Origin: Eledone cirrhosa
Taxonomy: Eukaryota
Reading direction: 5' to 3'
DNA: 24,888 bases
Assembly: GCA_964016885.1 (NCBI GenBank)
Contig: CAXHJY010000647.1
Span: forward strand, 1 to 24,888
The notes below the pieces were generated by a model. The model was not told where the DNA came from. It searched no databases and saw only the letters and a list, made by a program, of their open reading frames with translations. This document shows positions 1-12,352 of this stretch, piece by piece. Numbering within the stretch: position 1 is the stretch's first letter; each line of letters begins with the position of its first letter. The position numbers and the translations under genes were made by a program.

Positions 1-740
1 GCCCGCTACAATTGGTCTTAATTTAAGGTCTGTGGGGTATTGTGTGTTCACGCAGGCTGAGGTGGATTGTTTACAGGCATCGTTGATTATTTTACACTTG
101 TGGATCTTCGGAAGTCCGTAAAGGTTGCTGGTTTTGTATTCAAAATTTGTTAAATAATCGCGTTCCTTTTTAGTTAGGTCTTCCTGGTATCGATAAATCA
201 GTGTGTTTAATTTGGTCATTATTTTTGATTGCTGGTAGTTTTTTACTCTTTCATAGTAATTAGTATTTTGTAAGAGAGAGAACATAGAATTTTTATATTT
301 TTCAGCCTCCATAATGACAACAGTACTTCCCTTGTCCGCTTCCTTAATTATAATGTCCGTATTGTTTTTTAGTTCATGGATAATCTCCCATTCCCTTCGA
401 CTCGTGTTGGGTTAGGGTTTAGGTTGCGGTAGTTCATGGTATAGGAAGGTAGCTATGTGGTCACAAAATTTGTCCAGAACTCTGTTTCTACCTTTTGTTG
501 GGTTGTAGCTGCTTTTATTCCGTACAATTGATTCGTCGTTATTCTCCTTGTCAAAGAATTCCTCTGTGAGACGTAATTTTCTACAGAAGTGTGAGATATC
601 GTCATTTATCTCGTTGGAGTTAGGATATTGTGGTGTTGGTGTGAATTTCAGACCTTTGGAGAGAATATTTACTTGTTGGGCTGAGAGGTTTGTATTTGAA
701 ATGTTAATTATTTTCGGTTTTTCAAAATCGGTTTGTGCCA
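1..740 (-). pseudogene. Penelope-like retroelement ORF fragment (N-terminal region leading into the RT domain), one premature stop, runs off the window edge
   Basis: ORF 412..786 (IINISNTNLS..LSKGLKFTPTP..FCRKLRL) continues in the same frame past a single TAA at 412-414 to position 1. The continuation gives IIIKEADKGSTVVIM, YGLPKIHK and DLKLRPIVAG, which are typical PLE pre-RT/RT motifs. The upstream end abuts a (TA)n at ~742-760. Confidence 0.9.
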
Positions 741-846
741 CATATATATATATATATATGTAAAAGGTAAACAGAAATAACAACACAATCGGTACAGTAT
801 ATGGAAGGGATATATTAGGTTAACGCTTGATATAGCAGGAAGAGTG

Positions 847-882
847 TCTTAACATTTCGGACGCTAGTCCTTCACCAGAAGA
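847..882 (-). ncRNA. Degenerate minimal type I hammerhead ribozyme (PLE-type)
   Basis: Minus strand reads tctt-CTGGTGA-a-ggac-tagc-gtcc-GAAA-tg-TT-aaga. Stems I and II pair. The core has one substitution (CTGGTGA for CTGANGA). It lies just upstream of the PLE ORF on the same strand. Confidence 0.55.
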
Positions 883-1350
883 AAGAATGATAAATATGAT
901 AGATTGCGGGGACGGGAGGGTTGTCTTTAGATAAAAATAACAGGTCCATTCAAGTTGACATCTCTTGCAAAACTGTTGGTGCTGGCGTTTTGTGTATGAT
1001 TTATTTTTTAGAAAAGTGGATGATGTAGCGCGTCTACCTGAAATGGATAGGGGGTAGAGGTTGGAGGAAGCGTTTGAGAGTAGAATGGAGCTGGCGGAGA
1101 AAAGTTTTAAGATTGGGCATATTGAAGGTACTAAGTTGGGAGTGAAAAATAGACGGGTGAGAAGAAGAAGGTGGTGTAAGAAGATTGTAGTAGAGGAAAA
1201 GTGGTAGAGAGTCGTGGAATATTTAAATGGAAGAAGCAAAGAAAATTTCAAAGATATGAAAGATTTCTTGGTCGAAGCTCATGTGTACTCCGGGTTGGTA
1301 TCCAGTTTCTAGGTGAAAATCCAATCAGAAAATCCAACGAAGCGTAAGCG

Positions 1351-1411
<61 letters not shown>

Positions 1412-2046
1412 CTGTAACTGAAGAGCTTTCGATTCCTGAGTTAGGGACAGACATAATCGATCGCTGCTAGAGCTGTTCGGCAGTGAAACATATGTAATAT
1501 GTGATTAAATATTATATGATGCAACACTGATTCTTTGTTACCTAATTATTACTATCACATATATATATATATAGTGGTTGGGTGGGTGTGTGAGTGTGTT
1601 TACATATGTATTATATGTACAGTATATTTGAGAGTGTATGTGTACATGTATGTCGCTGAAAGGCTCCGAAATGATGCGCCCCAGAGAAAATCAGTTTCGA
1701 TTTTCGAAATCTGTGTACCAAGGAGAAAGCTTCTGAGCACATGAAGGTTTTTAATTCCAAAAATAAAAAACGAAAATAGTAATACTATCAAGGCGGAAAT
1801 TTTTCCTCACTGAGGTCACCCGATGTTTACATGAAGACACCGACGCTAAATTACACAAGACACTGATGCCACTATAATGTACAGTTACACTGAGTAAATT
1901 TTCAAAGAAACCACCTTTGGGATGATTGACGGTTGAAGTGGCGGACTAGGGGAATAAGTAACAGGAGATAAAACATGGAATACAAATATGTGAAAGTATG
2001 GCATTCAATGGTGAATATTTCCCGGAAACAACAGGTTACTCTGCTA

Positions 2047-2112
<66 letters not shown>

Positions 2113-2170
2113 CGGCGATGAATTAGTTTTGCGAGGTTTTTTATATGAAATCGTGTGTCGAAACAAATAT

Positions 2171-2368
2171 TGTTATACTTGTGTTTGTGTCTATATTGTA
2201 TCTGTATTATTTTTGACCGTCGGTCAGTCAATGGCAACATTGAGGACCGAGTAAGTTAGATTACCGATATAAAAGACACAGAAGCGAGAAGCGAAAACCA
2301 ACCAAACAGTGAGTGTGTTCTGTTATTAATTCTGGCAATATTACACAAATATGACCCTCCCCAAGTAT

Positions 2369-2372
<4 letters not shown>
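2171..2372. mobile_element. Solo LTR (202 bp), probably Gypsy-type
   Basis: TG...CA ends with an 11-bp perfect terminal IR (tgttatacttg / caagtataaca), a 4-bp ATAT duplication on both sides (2167-2170, 2373-2376) and an internal TATAAAAG near 2268. Confidence 0.7.
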
Positions 2373-2415
<43 letters not shown>

Positions 2416-2577
2416 TAGATAAATATACACGGGTGTGTATGATTGTGTATAGAAGATTATATTAATAAGAGGAATTCCAACTTTGTCTGATTTACTCGTT
2501 TTATTTACAATCCTTTAAAATTTATAATGGTATTATAATGAAATAGTATGCTAAAATATTAAATGTTAAGTGTTAAT

Positions 2578-2616
2578 TGAACAAGTACTTTCATGCTTTC
2601 GCAATCTTCAGGTTCA
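2578..2616 (-). ncRNA. Minimal type I hammerhead ribozyme (mirror copy in the palindrome's left arm)
   Basis: Exact reverse complement of 2689-2727. Confidence 0.8.
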
Positions 2617-2688
2617 TAATGTGTGCTGACAGTCAAGTTTGCAATTTTCACAGTTGAAAATTGCAAACTTGACTGTCAGCACACATTA

Positions 2689-2727
2689 TGAACCTGAAGA
2701 TTGCGAAAGCATGAAAGTACTTGTTCA
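2689..2727 (+). ncRNA. Minimal type I hammerhead ribozyme
   Basis: tgaac-CTGAAGA-t-tgc-gaaa-gca-t-GAAA-gtac-TT-gttca: intact core, 5-bp stem I, GNRA-capped stem II and palindromic stem III region (AAGTACTT). Confidence 0.8.
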
Positions 2728-2839
2728 ATTAACACTTAACATTTAATATTCTACCATACTATTTCATTATAATACCATTATAAATTTTAAAGGATTGTAA
2801 ATAAAACGAGTAAATCAGACAAAGTTGGAATTCCTCTTA

Positions 2840-2870
<31 letters not shown>

Positions 2871-2965
2871 TGAAGAAGCGTCATAATTTATACGAGAAAT
2901 ACATGTTACGAAAATTGTTGCTTATATATTTCCACGTCTCTTTCCTTCTTCAATGATATCGTCAA

Positions 2966-2981
2966 CCCCCCCCCCCCCCCC
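2966..2981. repeat. Poly-C tract (16 nt)
   Basis: Directly visible. Confidence 0.95.
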
Positions 2982-3265
2982 AATACTTATCATCTGGAAA
3001 TAACTGCTACGTTTCTTACGTTACCAAAACATGCACCATTGTGAGTCGCTCTCCGGTTCACTTACATTGTCAAACTCGACTGACGAAGATTTGGTTGTTA
3101 TCCGCGGGAATGTTATTGCAGTCTTGTCTGTGCCCTAGGCCCAGAACCCCTGCCCTCCCCATTCTTTTTCCGTTTTTTATATTTTCTTATTTTACATTCC
3201 ATTCTTCCTTCTCTATTTATTTTTTAATTTTTCTATTAAATTGTTTTTACTATTAAAAACATCAA

Positions 3266-3449
3266 GAGCGGTGGTTTGGCAGTATCGGTAGAGCGTCAGA
3301 CACCATGCTTTGCAGCATAGAGTTATGGCCCTTTGCGTTCTGAGTTCAAATCCGCCGAGGTTGACTTTTCCTTTCATCCTTACGGGGTCGATAAAATAAA
3401 ATACCAGTAATGTACTGAGGTATTCGCTGGCATTGTGCCAAATGTAGAA
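3266..3449 (+). mobile_element. tRNA-derived SINE, full length, with 17-bp TSD
   Basis: A-box-like tggcagtatcgg, B-box-like gagttcaaatcc and central ctttcatccttacggggtcgataaaat..taccag. Direct repeat actattaaaaacatcaa at 3249-3265 and 3450-3466. Confidence 0.9.
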
Positions 3450-4215
3450 ACTATTAAAAACATCAATTCACCATAGGAATCCCTAGCACATGGATCGACT
3501 ATTTGGAAGATCAATCTATGTTCATGTTTCATATATACTTTATGTTTCATATATACTTTATACAGCGGAAGGTTATGTATAGTGCAGAGAATGTATGACC
3601 TGTCAGCTTGATTGTTACTCATCCCAATAGAAGCTAGGAGTTGACCTCAGAACAATAAGGACATATATCATATTCACTCCTCATCTACTGATTAAAGTCA
3701 GTTGTCGTTGGGCGGGAGCCTCTAAACCACTGCCTGTATGTGTTTTCCTGAGGTTTTGTTGCCTTCAGTATGAGGTTTGCGCGTAATTTGTGCTTTCTGC
3801 CAAGTTTTTCAATTGATAAGCACTTTCAAACAAAGAATTTATTTTATATATCATTGCGTGTTGATTGTATATCATTGAGTGATCGTGTATATCACTGAGT
3901 GCTGATATCGTATAAATGTAACATTAATAAATACCAAATATATATAGGATATATTCTAGCTACAGCTACATCCGGCATTTGGTGAATATCATCTTTTTGT
4001 ATTAGATTTTTGGAGGTGCATTTTAAATGCAGTCAGCATTTTCTTTGATTTTTCTGTAAACTTGGTATTTCGATTTCAGAATATTACAGCTCTAACTTAT
4101 TACTTAATGCTCTTTACCTGATAATCAATGTAGTTCTTTTTTAAGCTAATATCTATATCCTTATTTTCTCATCTTTTATTTCAACTATGAATGTTAAAGT
4201 CAAATACATTGATTT

Positions 4216-5890
<1,675 letters not shown>

Positions 5891-6080
5891 ATTGTTTCTA
5901 CTTTTGGCACAAGGCCAGCAATTATTCCAGTGCATTACTGGTACTTTATTTATCGACCCTGTAAGGATGAAAGGCAAAGTAACCTCGGCGGGATTTGAAC
6001 TCAGATCATAAAGGGAGGTAACTCTATGCTTCAAAGCATGGCGTCCGACCCCTTACCGATACTGCCAATCCACCGCCCTT
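5891..6080 (-). mobile_element. tRNA-derived SINE, full length (same family as 3266)
   Basis: Reverse complement of the same A box, B box, central domain and 3' end (gtgccaaaagtagaaacaat). Confidence 0.9.
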
Positions 6081-6240
6081 AATAATATATATATATAATA
6101 TAATATATATATATATATGTATAATATATATATATATATATATATAATATTATATATAATATATAATATATATATATATATATATAATATTATATATATA
6201 TATATATATATATAATATTATATATATATATAAATATATA

Positions 6241-6293
<53 letters not shown>

Positions 6294-6311
6294 TATATAT
6301 ATATAATATAT

Positions 6312-6355
<44 letters not shown>

Positions 6356-6397
6356 TATATATATATATATATATAATAATATATATATATATATATA

Positions 6398-6462
<65 letters not shown>

Positions 6463-6485
6463 TATATATATATATATATAATATT

Positions 6486-6517
<32 letters not shown>

Positions 6518-6558
6518 ATATTATATATATATATATAATATTATATATATATAATAAA
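6081..6558. repeat. (TA)n microsatellite with TAATATTA interruptions
   Basis: Directly visible. Confidence 0.95.
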
Positions 6559-6750
6559 AAGGGCAGAGGATTGGCAGTACCAGTAGAGGGTCGGACGCCA
6601 TGCTTTGACGCATAGAGTTACGGTCCTTGCCATTCTGAGTTCAAATCCCGCCGAGGTTAACTTTGCCTTTCATCCTTTCGGGGTCGATAAAATAAAGTAC
6701 CAGTAATACACTGGGTTAATTGCTGGCCTTGTGCCAAAAGTAGAAACAAT
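6559..6750 (+). mobile_element. tRNA-derived SINE, full length
   Basis: Same family: tggcagtaccagtag...gagttcaaatcccgccgaggttaactttgcctttcatcctttcggggtcgataaaataaagtaccag. Confidence 0.9.
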
Positions 6751-6946
6751 TATATATATATAATATTATATATATATATATAATATTATATATATATATA
6801 TAATATTATATATATATATATATAATATTATATATATATATATAATATTATATATATATATATATAATATTATATATATATATAATATTATATATATATA
6901 TATATATAATATTATATATATAAATATATATATATATATATAATAT

Positions 6947-6998
<52 letters not shown>
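6751..6998. repeat. (TA)n followed by (GA)n microsatellite
   Basis: Directly visible. Confidence 0.95.
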
Positions 6999-7001
<3 letters not shown>

Positions 7002-7020
7002 ATTGAGATATATATATAAA

Positions 7021-7257
7021 AGATCCCAGACCCCATTCGCCTAACGAGTGAGGTGGAACTCACTCGTCAAATCGGACCTAGGAAACAATGTTTCCATTGG
7101 TCTTTCCAATTGCTAATACTATCTGTCACCCGCTAATCCAGACAGAAGAAGCAGTGTGAAATAAAGTGTCTTGCTCAAGGACATAACGCATCGCCGGGAT
7201 TCTAAATCACACCTCACGATAGCGAATCCAATTCTCTAACTACTCAGCGACGCGCCC
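7021..7257 (-). mobile_element. Second tRNA-derived SINE family with CORE-like domain, degenerate
   Basis: Minus strand has a ggcgcgtcgctgagtagttag head, then tgtccttgagcaagacactttatttcac, which resembles the CORE domain. The 3' boundary is approximate. Confidence 0.65.
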
Positions 7258-7285
7258 AATAATAATTTACACACATACTCTCTCT

Positions 7286-7324
<39 letters not shown>

Positions 7325-7345
7325 TTACATGCATATACATGCATA

Positions 7346-7452
<107 letters not shown>

Positions 7453-7463
7453 TACATACATAT

Positions 7464-8123
7464 GGCATAGGTTAAGTTTAACGTCCTCGAAAATGAAACT
7501 AGGTTTTCTGACAAGTGAATGTGTTTTTTTGTTTTTTTTACAATGAAATTTACGATACACTCTTTGTTTATTTACAACAGGTCTCTATAGTGATATGGTG
7601 TTAATTAATATTGCGTGTGTGATTATTTTCTCTTATATATATATGTGTGGGTGTGTATATGTGTGTATATATATGTGTGTCTGTATGTATATATATATGT
7701 GTGTTTGTATATATATATGTGTTTGTGTCATCATCATCGTTTAGATGTTTTTGTAATATCTTGCCAAAGTTGGCACCAACTATAAACAAATTAAGGCCGG
7801 GTCATAAGAAGGACAGAGAATGATAAAGGATTTGGGTAAAAACATGTAAACGATGATGATGACACAAACACATATATATATACAAACACACATATATATA
7901 TATATACATACAGACACACATATATACACACATATACACACCCACACATATATATATGAGAAAATAATCCCACACGCAATACTAATTAACACCTTATCAC
8001 TATAGAGACCTGTTGTAAATAAACAAAGAGTGTATCGTAAATTTCATTGTAAAAAAAAACAAAAACACATTCACTTGTCAGAAAACCTAGTTTCATTTTC
8101 GAGGACGTTAAACTTAACCTATG
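7464..8123. mobile_element. Foldback MITE (~290-bp arms) related to the Merlin-like element at 14274
   Basis: Arms 7464-~7752 and ~7838-8123 are reverse complements. It starts GGCAT, and the right end lacks the terminal CC. The left arm and spacer are nearly identical to 14320-14660. Confidence 0.85.
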
Positions 8124-8540
8124 TATATATTTCAAATCAATTTATTCATTTCTAAGATCGTTTCGATTTTTTTTTTTAATTCAATTGTAAATATCTAACA
8201 ATTTGCAGGTTAATTGATTAATCAACAAACATGGCGATTACATTAAAAAAAAATCTTCAGGAAATATACATTTAGCTTTGTGAAATAACAGTCTGTTAGC
8301 AGATAGGCATGCGATAATAAGCAAATTACAGAAATAAAAGCCATTGATAGTTTCAAAGTTAATAAGAGCAATACATAAACAAAACTGCGAAAAGCTTAAA
8401 TATTTAGCATGATGCCATGTGATTTTAAGCTACAAAGACATAAAGTGTGAAGAGAATATAAGTCCAATGCTGTAATTACACTTTCCCTGTTTAACACCAT
8501 GGCACGGTCATTTGAAAGTGCAACGTGTTTTTTTCAAATA

Positions 8541-8662
8541 ATTGTTTTTACTTTTGGCACATGGCCAGTAATTATCCAAGTGGTACTGGTACTTTATATT
8601 ATCGACCCCGTAAGGATGAAAGGCAAAGCTAACTTCGGCGGGATTTGAACTCCGAGGTTAAC
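8541..8662 (-). mobile_element. 5'-truncated SINE with 13-bp TSD
   Basis: 3' half of the SINE family. tttttttcaaata occurs at 8528-8540 and 8663-8675. Confidence 0.85.
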
Positions 8663-8869
8663 TTTTTTTCAAATAGTTCGTAGACGCGATAATTTAACTA
8701 AACACCGTTTACAGCTGTACAAGTTTTTTATAGGCGGAATATGAAAAGATGCCTGATTCTTCAGCCTTCGGTGTTCAATCACAAACTCAGCCACTGAATG
8801 TTATCAGATTGTAACTTATTTGCAGACCATCAATAACAGTGTACACAAAATCATATAAGCAACTGTCTC

Positions 8870-9565
8870 CATCTGAATGGACTGGATCTCCAAGAGAGAT
8901 CAGCCAAGCTCATGGATGTTATCCAAACATCTTGCTCGGTGTCTAACCCTGGGTCTTCCGTCGATTGGTTTTGGCCGTAAAATCTGTGCAGCGATTATTT
9001 ATTGAGACATTCTAATTACATACCCATAGTATCGGAGCTGTGATCTCTCAATTCCGAGAAGTTGCGGCTCTACCTGGAGTGATTCTTTGATCTCCGAGTT
9101 ACGCAATTTATCGAGTAACGTTACTCCAAAGACCCTTGTGAGGAATCCCATTTCGGCTGCTTTTATTCGGGATCGTATTCTTTCGGTCATTACACAATAT
9201 TCATGACCATGGGTGAGGGTTGGCGCGAACATCGAATTGAAGATAGCGAGCTTGGCTTATACGCCTACCTCCTTTCTTCTGCTTACTGAATTTTGAAGCT
9301 GCGCATTACTTCAGCAATTTTGCAATTCTTGCACTTAATAATTCACTCTCCTGCCTTCCATCACTTGTGAACACGACCTCAAGATACTTGAACTTCTCTA
9401 CCTGCTTCAGTGGAACTCAATTCACACGTAGAGTGCACTGCGAAGGCTCCCTTAGGAGGACGATTGTCTCAAATTTCACAGCACTGATTTCATTCCAGCT
9501 ATGCAGCACTCGGCATCAAACCTATCAAGTGCAAGTTGAAGTTCATAATGATGATATGCAAATAT
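8870..9565 (-). pseudogene. RTE-clade (Rex3/Expander-like) LINE, C-terminal RT fragment with frameshifts
   Basis: LQLALDRFDAEC, LKQVEKFKYLEVVFTSDG and PTLTHGHEYCVMTERIRSRIKAAEMGFLTRVFGVTLLDKLRNSEIKESLQVEP..IERSQLRYYGYVIRM match the RTE C-terminus. Boundaries are approximate. Confidence 0.88.
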
Positions 9566-10104
9566 AAGATATATGTACAATATATAATATGTATAATAGA
9601 TATATGTATAATATATATATATGTATAATATATATATGATATATATATATATATGTATAATAGATATATGTATAATAGATATATGTATAATATATATATG
9701 ATATATATATATATATATGTATAATAGATATATGTATAATATATATATGTATAATATATATATGATATATATATGTATGTATATGTAAATATATACATAT
9801 ATAACATATACATTTCATATATATATATAATATACATTTAATATATATAATATGTAAATATAATATATATAATATATAAATATAATATATTTAATCGATT
9901 TCCACGGGCTATTAGAAATGCTGGGTAAATATTCTATAGCTGTTGATCGCGGATAGATAGCTGTCGTTTATATATCTATTATTTCTTCATAGGTGCCTTT
10001 TAATCTTTTAGCCTTGTTTAATTGTTTTTTTGTGTGGTTGATTATGCTGATTGGGAGAGGAGATGATGTATATATTTTATCAAATGATTCTATGGACATA
10101 CTTT

Positions 10105-10274
<170 letters not shown>

Positions 10275-10450
10275 ATAAATAGATAAATAAATGCCATTGT
10301 TAAATAATAAATAAATAAACTAATACCTTAACACCTCACACAAAGTAAAACATTTCGTTTTAATCATTTTCTAACCCAGAAAAAAGAGAGAGAGAAACAA
10401 AAAAGGAAAACAAATATTTTTCTTCCTAATAATCGTCTCTTTCTCCCTGT

Positions 10451-10494
<44 letters not shown>

Positions 10495-10547
10495 TTCATA
10501 TCATATATATAATATATGAATATAATATATATCTACATATATATATA

Positions 10548-10650
10548 ATTGTTTCTTCTTTAGGCACAAGGCCAGCAATTACCCAGTGCATTACTGGTAC
10601 TTTATTTTATCGACACCGTAAGGATGAAAGGCAAAGTTAACCTCGGCGGG
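10548..10650 (-). mobile_element. 5'-truncated SINE
   Basis: 3' half of the same SINE family. Confidence 0.85.
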
Positions 10651-10683
10651 TTACATATATATATAATATATATATTATACATT

Positions 10684-10759
10684 ACACACACACACATATA
10701 CACACGCACATCACACGCACACACACACGCACCCAAACACACACATACACACAAACAAA

Positions 10760-10856
<97 letters not shown>
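10684..10856. repeat. (CA)n microsatellite
   Basis: Directly visible; pure from ~10763. Confidence 0.95.
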
Positions 10857-10858
<2 letters not shown>

Positions 10859-11166
10859 ATATATATTTATATATATATATATATAAACAGAACTAGCAAC
10901 TACAGTATATAGATGGACACAAACTGTCTGACAAATTGACTTCAGCACCTTTTTTATATAAATTGTATCAGAGATAGTCTGTTGGAATCACTATTACCTT
11001 CTTTAGTATAACAATTGTCATGAAAGTCCCATTCAACGTTGACGTAAAAACTCCTCTGGCTTCCCACACGTGAGCATTCTCACATATTTTCAATAGAACC
11101 ACGTGACATGTACTTAAACAGACGCACAAATATTTGAAATTGCATACATTCATATATTTATATATA

Positions 11167-11212
<46 letters not shown>

Positions 11213-11230
11213 ATGTTGAAAGGTAAGAAA

Positions 11231-11928
11231 TCCTGAGCTGTTTAAAATACAATATGTTGAAAAGGTAACACACCAGAGAGAGATATACAGTGCGCTATCT
11301 ATAAAACAGGGAAAAAACCACCAGTGTATGGAATCTATAACCTATGAAAGGCAGACTATAGACACGATAATTTAAAATATAAATTAAAGCGTAAATAAAT
11401 ACCTCTATAACTATATAACACACGTACAAATCCAAAGAGATGTTCCGCCAGTAATTTGTTGACAGAAATGGAATAACCTCGGTTCATCAGCGTGTGTAAG
11501 GCTATATACATTTCAGACAACACTAAGAGAATTTTAAAAGTGACTGTCCAGCTACACGTGGGAGAGAGAAGTCACAGCGTGTTTAAGGGCAGTGAACCAG
11601 TGGCCTCTGAGGGACGAACTGCTAGAAAGGGCAGCCCAAAACCACTCAGAGAAGTGTGCTCAACCAAACAGAGAGATAGGAAAGATTGTTATAAGGAGCG
11701 AAATATCACGATAAATTAACGGAGCCATAGGCCCTCGCCATTCCCTGTAAATAATGTGCTCAAAGGAGAAGAAGTCCTGAGCTCTTTAAAATACAATATT
11801 TTGAAAAGGTAACACACCAGAGAGAGATATACAGTGCGCTATCAATAAAACAGGGATATTTCGCTCCTTATAACAGTCTTTCCTTACTCTCTGTTTGCTT
11901 GAGCACACTTCTCTGAGTGGTTTTGGGC
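11231..11928 (-). mobile_element. Non-coding Penelope-like pLTR remnant with tandem and inverted segments
   Basis: 82-bp direct repeat (11231-11312 / 11775-11856), ~74-bp inverted repeat (11634-11707 / 11855-11928) and an internal hammerhead motif. Confidence 0.65.
11418..11497 (-). ncRNA. Type I hammerhead-like motif with one core substitution
   Basis: acacacg-CTGATGA-acc...ggc-GGAA-ca...tg-TA-cgtgtgt: 7-bp stem I, with GGAA in place of GAAA. Confidence 0.6.
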
Positions 11929-12352
11929 AGATGTCTATCCTTATTGCTAATTGGTTGACTGAATATGAAGTGCTTCACTCTATAGAACGCAAAGAAACAA
12001 ATTGTTGAGACGAACGTTCATGACAATGTCAGAAAAGTAATTATTTTTTTCAAGTAATGAAATATTATGAATGAATGAAGAAGTTTTAATGAATAGTATT
12101 CAGTTATGATTAGGGGTACAAAGTTTCAAGAAGATATTGCCTTAACGAACTCACACAGTATCAAAAAGTGAAGCGAAATAGAATGGAGATTCATTATAAT
12201 GCTGCCGCTGTATAATGCAGTATAATGCTGCTGCTGTCCAAGGAAAGGTGAAATAATTGAGAGTAATAGGTCTAAGAAATATCTCTCAGCATTTTTATAT
12301 GTATGTATGTATGTGTATGTGTATGTATGTATGTATGTATGTATGTATGTAT

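Larger units (their letters stand above)
2458..2847. repeat. Near-perfect palindrome, 193-bp arms, 4-nt loop (2651-2654)
   Basis: The arms read as reverse complements with two mismatches seen (gtatgctaaaatatt vs gtatggtagaatatt). Confidence 0.97.

Noticed and set aside
820-1251. 143-aa ORF on the minus strand
   Set aside because: Low-complexity translation of a pyrimidine-rich strand with no recognisable domain.
2869-2954. 10-bp inverted repeat attgaagaag/cttcttcaat
   Set aside because: Too short in AT-rich DNA, with no TSD or other support.
3082-3125. CTGACGA followed by a gat/atc stem as a possible hammerhead
   Set aside because: No GAAA box follows, and stem I is not convincing.
3266-3360. 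tRNA gene
   Set aside because: The A/B boxes belong to a repeated SINE head with TSDs, and there is no complete cloverleaf.
11060-11110. Two CACGTG E-boxes about 33 bp apart
   Set aside because: No gene context, so a regulatory role cannot be supported from sequence alone.
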